Source: an uncultured delta proteobacterium
Lineage (GTDB): Bacteria; Desulfobacterota; WTBG01; JAGOGO01
Assembly: GCA_963727835.1 (NCBI GenBank)
Contig: CAVSIB010000059.1
Span: 7,102-71,101 of the forward strand
DNA length: 64,000 bases
Reading direction: 5' to 3'
Position 1 is the first letter of the stretch. Every line of letters begins with the position of its first letter. The notes under the pieces are model-generated. The model was given only the letters and a program-made list of their open reading frames with translations, searched no databases and was not told where the DNA came from. This document shows, piece by piece, positions 11,381 through 20,778 of the stretch. A program made the translations under genes and the position numbers.

Positions 11381-12018
11381 ATGGCACCAGATAAATTTGT
11401 AGCGGTTATAGACTATGGAATGGGAAATCTCCGAAGTGTGCAAAAAGGCTTGGAGAAAGTAGGGGTTACGGCAGTGATTACCGATAAGGCACGCTCCATT
11501 AACGATGCCCATGGAATTATCCTGCCGGGAGTTGGTTCGTTCATTGACTGCATGCGGAATTTAGAAAAGCGCAGACTGGTTACGAGCATTCTCAGAGCTA
11601 TTTCCCGAGGAAAGCCCTTTTTGGGGATCTGTCTGGGCTTCAGGTTTTGTTTTCGGAAAGCGAAGAATTCGGTGTCCATCCCGGTCTCGATGTGATTAAA
11701 GGAAAGGTGGTGCGGTTCTTTGGGAATGGAGGAAACCCCGGAAATGCTCTTAAAGTACCTCACATGGGCTGGAACAAAATCACGATTCAAAAGCGACCGC
11801 CTGTGTTAGCCAGCATTCCTGATGGATCATATTTTTATTTTGTCCATTCCTATTACGTGAAACCTGAAAACCCTGGGGTGATGGCAACCTCAACCGACTA
11901 TGGAGTTGAGTTTACCTCCAGCGTCTGGAAAGACAACATCTTTGCCTGCCAATTTCATCCGGAAAAAAGCCAGCAGCTTGGCTTAAGTATTCTGAGGGAA
12001 TTTGGAAAACTTATATAG
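11381..12018 (+). pseudogene. hisH: Imidazole glycerol phosphate synthase glutaminase subunit HisH, interrupted by a 1-nt frameshift
   Basis: ORF 11381..11695 carries VIDYGMGNLRSV...GKPFLGICLG and then goes out of frame. ORF 11647..12018 continues with the expected LQVLFSESEEFG...KVPHMGWN...FACQFHPEKS. One base is missing in ctgggctt (11633-11640), two codons after the catalytic Cys. Confidence 0.85.
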
Positions 12019-12049
12019 AAGCAGGCAAGAGATTAAAGGTAAGGTCAGT

Positions 12050-12784
12050 ATGATAATTATTCCGGCGATTGATCTCAAAAATGGAAAATGTGTCCGTCTG
12101 GAACAGGGAAGAATGGAACAAGAAACTATTTTTTCTCAAGACCCCCCGGCAGTGGCGCGAAAGTGGGAAGCGCTGGGCGCAGCAATGCTTCACCTGGTTG
12201 ATTTGGACGGAGCTTTTGCCGGCTCTCCTAAAAACAAACAGGTAATTGAAAAAATTGTGCACGCGATTCGCATCCCGGTCGAGCTGGGAGGAGGGATCAG
12301 AACCCTCGAGAGTATTGAAGAGTATCTTACCCTGGGCATAAACCGGGTTATCGTGGGCACGGTGGTTTATCAGCAGAAAAATTTCCTTTCCGAAGCATGT
12401 GCAAAATTTCCTGGTCACATCGTGGTGGGGATCGATGCCAGGAATGGAAAGGTTGCGATCCAAGGATGGGCAGAACAAACTGGATTATCCGCCATTGAAC
12501 TGGCAAAAAAATCGGAACAAGAGGGCGCGACAGCCATTATCTATACAGATATTCAAAGAGACGGCATGCTCACCGGGATAAACCTGGACGCTACGCGGGT
12601 CCTGGCCCAGGCAGTTTCCATTCCCGTAATCGCTTCCGGAGGAGTTGCCACCATTGAGGATATTAAAAATCTTCTGCCTTTAACCAAGGAAGGCATCACC
12701 GGAGTTATTATCGGACGGGCGTTGTATAAAGGAACGATAGACCTCACGGAAGCACTCTGCGTGGCCAAAGGAACCTTATGTTAA
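12050..12784 (+). CDS. hisA: ProFAR isomerase HisA
   Basis: [20 protein letters not shown]...LHLVDLDGA...GGGIR...SGGV matches HisA. The ATG at 12050 is preferred over the upstream TTG at 12002. Confidence 0.93.
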   Translation: MIIIPAIDLKNGKCVRLEQGRMEQETIFSQDPPAVARKWEALGAAMLHLVDLDGAFAGSPKNKQVIEKIVHAIRIPVELGGGIRTLESIEEYLTLGINRVIVGTVVYQQKNFLSEACAKFPGHIVVGIDARNGKVAIQGWAEQTGLSAIELAKKSEQEGATAIIYTDIQRDGMLTGINLDATRVLAQAVSIPVIASGGVATIEDIKNLLPLTKEGITGVIIGRALYKGTIDLTEALCVAKGTLC

Positions 12785-13551
12785 CCAAACGAATCATCCC
12801 TTGTCTGGATGTAAAAGACGGCAGAGTAGTAAAAGGGATTAATTTTGTTCAGCTCCGGGATGCCGGAGATCCGGTGGAAAATGCGAAGAGTTATGATGCA
12901 CAAGGCGCAGATGAGCTCTGTTTTTTGGATATTACTGCTTCGCACGAAAAAAGAAAAATTATCCTTGATATTGTGGCCCGGACGGCTGAAAAAGTCTTTA
13001 TGCCTCTTACCGTGGGAGGAGGAATTAATGACCTTAAGGACATTCGGGATCTTCTCAATGCCGGGGCTGATAAAGTTTCTATCAATACCGGCGCCGTAAA
13101 ACGCTTAGAGTTTGTGAAAGAAGCTGCCGAACGATTCGGCAGCCAATGTATCGTGGTTGCTATTGACGCTAAACGGGCTCCGGATGATCCTCGCGGTAAT
13201 CCCCGGTGGGAGGTTTATACCCACGGAGGAAGAAAGCCCACGGGCATAGATGCGCTGGAATGGGTCGATAAGGTTGTCGCCATGGGTGCAGGAGAAATCC
13301 TGCTTACCAGCATGGATTGCGACGGAACAAAAGCCGGATATGATATAGTGCTTACTCAAACCGTTTCCGAGCGAGCCCCTATCCCGATCATTGCCTCAGG
13401 CGGAGCAGGCACCTTGGAACACCTTTATCAAGCATTGAACGATGGAAAGGCAGATGCGGTTCTGGCTGCATCCATTTTTCATTACCAGGAATATAGTATA
13501 ATGGAGGCAAAAAAATACCTCCATGCGAAAGGGATACCCGTGAGATTATAG
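12778..13551 (+). CDS. hisF: Imidazole glycerol phosphate synthase cyclase subunit HisF
   Basis: [53 protein letters not shown]. Overlaps the hisA stop by 7 nt. Confidence 0.96.
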   Translation: MLTKRIIPCLDVKDGRVVKGINFVQLRDAGDPVENAKSYDAQGADELCFLDITASHEKRKIILDIVARTAEKVFMPLTVGGGINDLKDIRDLLNAGADKVSINTGAVKRLEFVKEAAERFGSQCIVVAIDAKRAPDDPRGNPRWEVYTHGGRKPTGIDALEWVDKVVAMGAGEILLTSMDCDGTKAGYDIVLTQTVSERAPIPIIASGGAGTLEHLYQALNDGKADAVLAASIFHYQEYSIMEAKKYLHAKGIPVRL

Positions 13552-13604
13552 AGCATGAGGGCAACAACCTTTAAAACATCTTTTCAATAAAGGATGGGAC
13601 AACC

Positions 13605-14660
13605 ATGATATTTTATCATCGCTATATACCCATAATAATTTTAACTGTTCTTATTCTTTCCGCTTGTGCGATCAATCCTGTGACCAGAACGCGGGAGTTT
13701 AATGTTTTCAGTGAAGAAAAGGAACGGAGTCTAGGAAGAAATGCCAGTTATGAAGTGAATAAGCAATTTGGGTTATATGATAATAAAGCGCTTCAGAATT
13801 ATGTGAATGAGGTCGGTCAGCGGTTAGTTGCGGTATCTGACCGGAACGATATCCCCTATGAATTTCACGTGGTTGATAGCCCAATACTTAATGCTTTTGC
13901 TTTACCCGGAGGGTACATTTATATCACCCGGGGCTTATTGGCCGAATTGGAAAATGAAGCCCAATTGGCCAGCGTATTGGGCCACGAGACTGGTCATGTT
14001 TGTGCTCGCCATAGCGTTAGCCAGCTTTCGGAAGAATTGGGATATACGTTGTTGACCTTAGCATCCTTAGCTGCTCCCGGCACCCGGGAAATGGCTCCCG
14101 CAACGTCAGCTCTTTTTCAATCCATTACCTTAGGCTATAGTCGGGAAAAAGAATCCCAGGCTGATGCAATGGGACTTACCTATATGTACCGCGCAGGATA
14201 TGACCCTATGCAGATGAGCGCTTTTCTTGCCCATTTAGGCCGGCTGGCCCAGGGCCCTGGGGGATACGGTGTTTATACTGCAGACCATCCTGATATTTTC
14301 GAGCGAATCGCCGCAACCCGTAATGAAGCAAAGCAGATCGTTGGTTTCGATATCACCATGGATAAAATTAAAGGACAAGAAGGTAAAGGAGAAGCAGAAG
14401 TAACGAAACAGGAAATTACAACTTACCACGGAAAGATCCTCGCAGATGAATATAAATCGCATTTAGATGGTCTCCTGTATGGACCTCGGGAAGCCCCTCG
14501 CCGAATCAGAATTTATACGGTAAAAGAAGGAGATACCATAGAGTCAATTGCGAAAGATTTTGTGGGAAACAAGCTGCAAGCAAAAGAAATTGCTGAATTT
14601 AATGAGTTAGAGGTCGACTCTCCTCTCAGAGTTGGTCAAAAACTAAAAATTATCATTTAA
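13605..14660 (+). CDS. M48 family zinc metallopeptidase lipoprotein with C-terminal LysM domain
   Basis: Lipobox LILSAC, HExxH (GHETGHV), a downstream ESQADAMG motif, and a C-terminal LysM domain (YTVKEGDTIESIAKDF...GQKLKI). Confidence 0.85.
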   Translation: MIFYHRYIPIIILTVLILSACAINPVTRTREFNVFSEEKERSLGRNASYEVNKQFGLYDNKALQNYVNEVGQRLVAVSDRNDIPYEFHVVDSPILNAFALPGGYIYITRGLLAELENEAQLASVLGHETGHVCARHSVSQLSEELGYTLLTLASLAAPGTREMAPATSALFQSITLGYSREKESQADAMGLTYMYRAGYDPMQMSAFLAHLGRLAQGPGGYGVYTADHPDIFERIAATRNEAKQIVGFDITMDKIKGQEGKGEAEVTKQEITTYHGKILADEYKSHLDGLLYGPREAPRRIRIYTVKEGDTIESIAKDFVGNKLQAKEIAEFNELEVDSPLRVGQKLKIII

Positions 14661-14670
14661 ATTTAAATAC

Positions 14671-14862
14671 TTATATTCTTGATAGGTAAAGCACCACCAA
14701 ACCTGCCAGCATAACCATCAGTCCGAACACTCTGAGATAACCATCAGAAATATTAAGAATTTGTGTTAAAAATTTTTTTAATTTTTCCGGAAAAAGAAAA
14801 TAAGGAGACCCTTCGATAATTAAGACAAATCCAATTACACTTAAAAAATACTTGAATTCCAT
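14671..14862 (-). CDS. Small membrane protein, DUF2065 (YjeT-like)
   Basis: 63 aa with two hydrophobic helices. IIEGSPYFLFPEKLKKFL is characteristic of the DUF2065 family. Confidence 0.7.
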   Translation of the reverse strand: MEFKYFLSVIGFVLIIEGSPYFLFPEKLKKFLTQILNISDGYLRVFGLMVMLAGLVVLYLSRI

Positions 14863-15024
14863 CTCTACTCATGAAATAATTAAAGAGTTACTTTAATCCT
14901 AATTCTATTTTTTCTTTTTATGACTACTAGAAAGTTAGATTTCCTCTGCCAATACTCCTTCTCGTTAGGGAGGGAATTAAAATTGACTTTTATTACAAAA
15001 GACCAAAAAACACAATACGAAGTT

Positions 15025-15633
15025 ATGTTCTGCCTTAAGACCCTCCTCTTTGTTACCCTGATTGCACTACTATTTTTTTATCCCTTCTCTGCTTCCGCAG
15101 ATATTTATCGCTACATAGATGAAAACGGAACTATTCATTTCAGCAATGTCCCAACCGATAAACGCTATAAGGTATACGTTCACAGCTACGGGGGATATAT
15201 TCGCTCTACCAAATATGACTGCAAGATATATGATCCGTTGATCCGAGAAATGGCCACTAAATACCAGGTTGACTGTGACCTGGTTCGGGCGGTTATAAAA
15301 GCAGAATCTGACTTTAATCCTTCAGCCGTATCGCCAAAGGGCGCCAAAGGAATAATGCAGCTCATGCCAGAGACTGCTGAGGATATGGCAGTGAAAAATA
15401 TTTTTAGTCCCCGGGAGAACATTGAAGGTGGGGTTAAATACCTACGACGGCTTTTGAATATCTTTAACAATGATTTACACTTAACCGTGGCTGCTTACAA
15501 TGCCGGAGAAAATGCGGTGATCGGCTGCAATTATGCTATTCCCCCTTACGATGAGACCCAGGAATACGTAAGGAGAGTCCTTTCCTATCTGCGCGGTTAT
15601 AAAAACTGGTGGTACTCATTAATTAATTCATAG
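15025..15633 (+). CDS. Lytic transglycosylase (SLT domain) with N-terminal DUF4124-like segment
   Basis: Signal peptide MFCLKTLLFVTLIALLFFYPFSASA, then IYRYIDENGTIHFSNVP (DUF4124-like). SLT motifs AVIKAESDFNPSAVSPKGAKGIMQLMP and AAYNAGENAV. The ORF is open from 14920, but the ATG at 15025 gives a proper signal peptide. Confidence 0.85.
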   Translation: MFCLKTLLFVTLIALLFFYPFSASADIYRYIDENGTIHFSNVPTDKRYKVYVHSYGGYIRSTKYDCKIYDPLIREMATKYQVDCDLVRAVIKAESDFNPSAVSPKGAKGIMQLMPETAEDMAVKNIFSPRENIEGGVKYLRRLLNIFNNDLHLTVAAYNAGENAVIGCNYAIPPYDETQEYVRRVLSYLRGYKNWWYSLINS

Positions 15634-15650
15634 AGAAGACTTATTGACCG

Positions 15651-16128
15651 GACTGCTACTGCTTCAACCTCTATCATCATCCCCGGAAGTGCCAACGAAT
15701 TAATCTACACCACGGTCTGGGCGGGCGCCTCGAAAAAATTCCGCTTGCACTGCACCATAATCAGGAAGATTACCCATATCCATCAGATAGACACCAAGTT
15801 TTACGATATCCTCAAGCGAGGTACTAGCCTCTTTGAGGACTGTATGCAGGTTTTCAAAGGTAAGCCGGGCTTGAGCGCGAAAATCTCCTTGGTGCATCAC
15901 CGTGCCTTCAGCGGAAATACTTGCTTGGCCGGATACAAAGATGAGCGAACGAGCGCCATCGACTTTCCAGGCTTGAGAAAATCCATAAGCATCCTGCCAA
16001 CGCCAGGGATTGATCTGGGTTTTTTTTATGATCACATCCTCCGAGACTATAAATCTTTTAACATTTGCATCATCGTCAGATGACCTGAGGCAGTAATTTT
16101 TTTGGATCCGGGCAGATCGATTGGCCAA
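15651..16128 (-). pseudogene. RidA/YjgF (endoribonuclease L-PSP) family gene with a frameshift plus an in-frame TAG
   Basis: ORF 15700..16128 has the family core (FVSGQASISAEG...QARLTFENLHTVLKEA..DIVKLGVYL) but ends in the non-family RGARPDRGVD. The conserved C-terminus PAQTVV*INSLALPGMMIEVEAVAV lies in another frame. The shift is in a run of six T (plus-strand A6, 15733-15738). A TAG (15705-15707) interrupts the shifted frame. Confidence 0.8.
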
Positions 16129-16166
16129 GGAAATAAATACCCCCCCCTTGCTCTTGATATTTCTTC

Positions 16167-16807
16167 TTAATAAGTTGATTCTAAAAATGTTAAAATTTCA
16201 CTAAAAGGAACCATACCGCCGCGTACTAACTGAGGAGGAGAAAAAGTTACATCAATAATTGTCGAAGGCATCTGACCCGAAGTTTTTCCACCGTCAATAA
16301 TCAGGTCAATCATTCCACCCAAGTGCGAAAATACTTCTTCCGCAGTAACCGGGCTTTGGTCCCCCGCAATATTAGCGCTGGTGGAAGTAAGCGGCCCATC
16401 AAAAGCTGAAGTCAATGCCCGGGCAATGGGGTGAGGAGAAATCCGGATGGCAATCTTTTGAGTACCAGCAGTGAGGATTGGAGGCAATTGCGGAGAAGCA
16501 AAAAAAACCATCGTTAAAGGCCCCGGCCAAAAATGTTCCATCAGCCGGTGAGCCTTTGCCGGAACATCAGCAACATAACGAGGAAGATAGTCTTGGTCAG
16601 GCATAAGGATTAATAAGGGCTGTGAAAGAGATCTTCCTTAATAGCAAAGATTTTTTTTATCGCCTTTTGGTTTAAAGCATCAACTCCAAGGCCATAAAAC
16701 GTTTCTGTTGGATAAACCACCACGCCACCCACCCTGAGGATTTCAACTGCGGAAATAAGCGATTGTGGGGAAGGTTGTTGGGGATCGATACGGATTATTT
16801 GAGTCAC
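16167..16807 (-). pseudogene. tsaC: L-threonylcarbamoyladenylate synthase TsaC/YrdC, split by a 1-nt frameshift
   Basis: ORF 16610..16807 reads VVYPTETFYGLGVDALNQKAIKKIFAIK and then leaves the frame. The expected GRSLSQPLLILMPDQDYL... continues into ORF 16167..16604 (FWPGPLTMV, TSTSANIAG, STIIDV). One base is missing in attaagg (plus strand about 16634-16642). Confidence 0.85.
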
Positions 16808-16946
16808 GCTTAAACTCCCTTCGTTTTATAGATCAACCTTAGGCATAATGTACTCTCCACAAGGTGACCATATCAAAGTTTACATTTTTGCGCAATTACC
16901 CTCTCCACAACCGAAGACTTAAGAATCCAGACTTAAATATTTTATA

Positions 16947-17136
16947 TAAAAAGTCAGTAGTGTCCCAATGTTTTGGACTATAAATCCGTAAAAATCTTAT
17001 ACAGCAATGGGTTCATCATTTTTGACAATTTTTCATCGACTTGAATTTGAAATACAAAACCACCTTATGAAAAAACAACAACTTGCAGTGGTTTTATGCC
17101 CAGTTTTTAAAACGTTGGGGCACTACTGATAAAAAG
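16947..17136. mobile_element. MITE-like non-autonomous element: 176 bp, 21-bp terminal inverted repeats, 7-bp target-site duplication
   Basis: The left TIR at 16954-16974 is TCAGTAGTGTCCCAATGTTTT. The reverse complement of 17109-17129 is TCAGTAGTGCCCCAACGTTTT, a 19/21 match. The direct repeat TAAAAAG abuts both ends (16947-16953 and 17130-17136). The interior has no ORF. Confidence 0.7.
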
Positions 17137-17294
17137 TAATGGGTTAAGCGTTGACTATTGAAGGAGTTCGTAATTCAATAAAAATGATTTTTATTGTATT
17201 AGTAATATTAGTAAAATTAATGAACAAAAATTTATTGAATTTTTTTTTGGGGGGTGTTATTTTAAAAACCTTTGTTTATCCCAAGGAAAGTTAC

Positions 17295-17861
17295 ATGGAA
17301 CCAATTAACTTAACAGATAAAACTGACTGGCGATTTATTGACCAAGTAAAAAAAGAAAGTGGTCAGGATCCAGCGCTCTGTTACCAGTGCGGGAACTGTA
17401 CTGCCGGATGCCCTTACACCAAATATTTTGACTTTCCGGTCAGTCAGGTAATGCGCCTTCTCCAAGCTGGGCAAAAGGAGACCATCCTCAATTCCCGATC
17501 AATTTGGCTCTGTGCTACCTGCGAAGCCTGTACTACCCGCTGTCCTTGCGAAATTGATATCGCCCACATCATGGATGTGCTTCGCATTATCGCTCGCCGA
17601 AAAAACTATGTTGCTGAAAAAGACGTAAAAACCTTTTATGATGCTTTCCTTGCCTCAATGAAACACCATGGCCGGGTTTTTGAAGTTGGCATCCTTATGG
17701 GATATAATTTAAAATCTGGACATTTGCTTGCTGATGCTGATTTGGGGCCTAAGATCCTGGGAAAAGGGAAGATCCACTTTTTGCCAACGAGGATCAAAGG
17801 GCGAGATAACGTACTAGAAATTTTCCGCAAATCTCAGAAAAAGAGAAAAAACCGTGTCTGA
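17295..17861 (+). CDS. hdrC: Heterodisulfide reductase subunit C
   Basis: Two 4Fe-4S motifs, CYQCGNCTAGCP and CATCEACTTRCP, with the HdrC-type helical spacer. The ATG at 17295 follows an AAGGAAAG RBS, and the upstream part of ORF 17151 is low-complexity. Confidence 0.88.
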   Translation: MEPINLTDKTDWRFIDQVKKESGQDPALCYQCGNCTAGCPYTKYFDFPVSQVMRLLQAGQKETILNSRSIWLCATCEACTTRCPCEIDIAHIMDVLRIIARRKNYVAEKDVKTFYDAFLASMKHHGRVFEVGILMGYNLKSGHLLADADLGPKILGKGKIHFLPTRIKGRDNVLEIFRKSQKKRKNRV

Positions 17862-18813
17862 AAAAGAGTACATATATTTCCCCGGCTGTTCGCTTGAAGC
17901 TTCGGCAATCGAGTATGATATGTCTGTTCGCAAGGTACTCACCTCTTTAGGAGTTAAATTGATTGAGCCGGATGATTGGAGTTGCTGTGGCTCTACCCCG
18001 GCCCATTCCGTAGACCATGTTTTTGCTGCTGCGGTTGCTGCCCGCAACTTAGCGATTGTGGAAAAGATGGGGGCTTGCACCGTAATCACCGCCTGCCCAG
18101 CTTGTCTTTCGGCTTTTAAAAAAGCTCACCACCGGATGAAAAAAGAAGAAGGTTTCAAAAAAGAAGTTAATGCGATTCTCGATGAACCTTACAACTGTGG
18201 GGTGACGGCAAAATCAGTCCTCCAAGTTCTTCTTGAGGATATTGGGCCGAAAGCAGTTGCCGAAAAAGTTACCACCGATTTACCTGACCTGAAGGTTGCC
18301 CCCTATTATGGGTGCATTATTAACCGGCCCCCTGAAATTATGGAGTTTGATGACCCTGAAAATCCCTTAGCCATGGATAAGCTTATGGGAGCAGTTGGCG
18401 TTAAGGTTTGTGACTTTGCGTTTAAGGTGGAATGTTGCGGGGCTGCCTTTGGAGTGGCCAAACGAAAAATGGTCAATGAGCTTTCCTCGAAGGTTTTAAC
18501 CATGGCGTTGGACGCGGGAGCAAATTGTTTGGTGGTCACCTGCCAGCTTTGCCAGCAAAACCTGGATCTGCGCCAGGGTCAAATCAATAGCACTATGGGG
18601 GCTTCCTTTAATATACCGGTTCTTTTTTTCACTCAGGTTATGGGATTAACCTATGGATATTCTTCCCAGGAACTGGGAATCGATAAGCATAATGTTAATG
18701 CCGAAAGTTTGATTAAATCCCGAAGACCGGTTGAGGAAAGGATCAAAGAAGAACAAGAAAAGGCCAAAGGAAAAAAGCCAAAAGCCAAAAAAGCTGAAGA
18801 AGAGGAGTCCTAA
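17854..18813 (+). CDS. hdrB: Heterodisulfide reductase subunit B (two CCG domains)
   Basis: YFPGCSLEASA...WSCCGSTPAHS and YYGCIINRP...VECCGAAFG...VVTCQLCQQN match the duplicated CCG cysteine-rich domain. A Lys/Glu-rich C-terminal tail is present. GTG start, overlapping hdrC by 8 nt. Confidence 0.9.
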   Translation: MSEKEYIYFPGCSLEASAIEYDMSVRKVLTSLGVKLIEPDDWSCCGSTPAHSVDHVFAAAVAARNLAIVEKMGACTVITACPACLSAFKKAHHRMKKEEGFKKEVNAILDEPYNCGVTAKSVLQVLLEDIGPKAVAEKVTTDLPDLKVAPYYGCIINRPPEIMEFDDPENPLAMDKLMGAVGVKVCDFAFKVECCGAAFGVAKRKMVNELSSKVLTMALDAGANCLVVTCQLCQQNLDLRQGQINSTMGASFNIPVLFFTQVMGLTYGYSSQELGIDKHNVNAESLIKSRRPVEERIKEEQEKAKGKKPKAKKAEEEES

Positions 18814-18816
18814 CTC

Positions 18817-20778
18817 GTGCGGGTTGGAGTATTTATTTGTCACTGCGGAAATAATATTGCGGGTACGGTTGATGTCGCCAAAGTTGCCGAAGCAGCTCGA
18901 ATGATGCCCGGTGTCGCTTTTGCTACGACTTACATGTACACGTGCTCCGAACCTGGCCAGGAAGAAATCAAGGAAACAATCAAACGGGAAAAGCTTGACC
19001 GGGTGGTGGTTGCCGCTTGTTCTCCGCGGATGCATGAGGTCACCTTCCGCCGGACAGTAGAAAAAGCTGGACTAAATCGGTACTTTTTTGAAATGGCCAA
19101 TATCCGGGAGCATTGCTCGTGGGTGGGAGAGGACAAGGCATTAAATACTAATAAAGCGATTGAAACCATTAAGCTTGCGGTTGAAAAAGTTAAGCAAAAT
19201 AAACCTCTTTTCCCGGCCAAATTTAAAATTAATAAACGGGTGTTGGTTATCGGCGGTGGCGTAGCCGGTATGCAGGCAGCGCTGGACTGTGCCGATGGTG
19301 GGTTAGACGTGGTGCTGGTTGAAAAAAGTTCCTCGGTCGGAGGCATGATGGCTCGTCTGGATAAAACCTTCCCCACCGTTGACTGTTCGATTTGCATCTT
19401 AGGCCCCAAGATGGTGGATGTATCCCAACATGAAAAAATAAACCTGCATGCATACTCTGAAATCGAAGAGATCAAAGGTTATGTGGGCAATTACCAGATA
19501 AAGATCCGCAAAAAAGCAACCTATGTAGACTGGTCAAAATGCACTGGTTGCGGAGCCTGTATCGAAAAATGCCCTTCTCGGAATGCTTATGACTATTTCA
19601 ATTTTGGAGTTGCACCCGCCCGGGCAATTAATATTCCTTTTCCCCAGGCGATCCCCAAAAAAGCCACGATTGATGCTCAATTCTGCCGGCAGTTTATCAA
19701 AGGGAAATGTGGCGTCTGCGCTAAGTTCTGTCCGGTCGGAGCAATTAATTACGAAATGAAAGATGAAATTGTAACTGAAGACGTGGGAGCGATTATTGTC
19801 GCTTCCGGTTATGGTCTGATTGACCTTGACAAGCTGCCGGAATACGGCGGAGGCCGTTATCCGGATGTGATCTCGGGGATCCAATACGAACGGATTCTCA
19901 ATGCTTCAGGCCCTACCTCCGGACACATCGAAAGACCTTCGGACCACGCAGAACCAAAAACCATCGTCTTTGTCTCTTGTGCTGGCTCCCGGGATAAGTC
20001 CATCGGTATCCCTTACTGTTCCAACTTTTGCTGCATGTATATTGCCAAACAAGCTATTTTAACCAAAGACCATATCCCAGACTCCCAATCGTATGTCTTT
20101 TATATAGATATCCGCTCCCCCGGAAAAGGCTATGATGAATTTACCCGAAGGGCTCAGGAAGAATACGGTGCGAAATATATTCGAGGCCGGGTATCAAGAA
20201 TCTATCCTAAAGGGAAAAAGATGGTTGTCAAAGGAGCTGACACCCTTTTAGGTACACAAGTGGAAATTGAAGCAGACTTAATCGTGCTCGCAACTGCAGT
20301 CACCGCTACTAATGATGCCAGAACGTTAGCGGAAAGACTCCATATTTCGTATGACCAGAATGGCTTTTACGTTGAAAGCCATCCCAAACTGCGACCTGTA
20401 GAGACTAACACCTCGGGAGTATTTCTGGCTGGTGCCTGTCAAGGACCAAAAGATATTCCTGCTTCCGTAGGTCAAGGAAGTGCAGCAGCAGCGAAAGTTC
20501 TTTCGATCTTTTCTAAAGATACCTTAGAGTCTGATCCTCAGATAGCAAGGGTTAATACCAATGTTTGCGTCGGTTGCCGCAAGTGCATTGGGACATGTCC
20601 TTTCGGCGCGATTGAAGAACAACAACTCCGTGACGGAAGAATTGTAGCCAATGTTATTGAAACCGTCTGTGCCGGCTGCGGGATCTGTAACTCCACCTGT
20701 CCCTGTGGAGCGATCCAATTACAGCACTTTACTGACAATCAACTCTTAGCCGAGGTTAATGCCCTATGTCTTACGTAG
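18817..20778 (+). CDS. hdrA: Heterodisulfide reductase subunit A (FAD, multiple Fe-S clusters)
   Basis: 653 aa. VFICHCGNNIAGTVD, FAD fold VLVIGGGVAGMQAALD..VLVEK, VFVSCAGSRD, and ferredoxin motifs CTGCGACIEKCP, CVGCRKCIGTCP and CAGCGICNSTCP. Confidence 0.93.
   Translation: MRVGVFICHCGNNIAGTVDVAKVAEAARMMPGVAFATTYMYTCSEPGQEEIKETIKREKLDRVVVAACSPRMHEVTFRRTVEKAGLNRYFFEMANIREHCSWVGEDKALNTNKAIETIKLAVEKVKQNKPLFPAKFKINKRVLVIGGGVAGMQAALDCADGGLDVVLVEKSSSVGGMMARLDKTFPTVDCSICILGPKMVDVSQHEKINLHAYSEIEEIKGYVGNYQIKIRKKATYVDWSKCTGCGACIEKCPSRNAYDYFNFGVAPARAINIPFPQAIPKKATIDAQFCRQFIKGKCGVCAKFCPVGAINYEMKDEIVTEDVGAIIVASGYGLIDLDKLPEYGGGRYPDVISGIQYERILNASGPTSGHIERPSDHAEPKTIVFVSCAGSRDKSIGIPYCSNFCCMYIAKQAILTKDHIPDSQSYVFYIDIRSPGKGYDEFTRRAQEEYGAKYIRGRVSRIYPKGKKMVVKGADTLLGTQVEIEADLIVLATAVTATNDARTLAERLHISYDQNGFYVESHPKLRPVETNTSGVFLAGACQGPKDIPASVGQGSAAAAKVLSIFSKDTLESDPQIARVNTNVCVGCRKCIGTCPFGAIEEQQLRDGRIVANVIETVCAGCGICNSTCPCGAIQLQHFTDNQLLAEVNALCLT

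Noticed and set aside
11633-11640. Programmed ribosomal frameshifting for hisH, tsaC, flxB or larA
   Set aside because: No slippery heptamer plus downstream structure is present, and none of these families is known to use recoding. The lesions sit in plain short homopolymers, consistent with either mutation or base-calling error.
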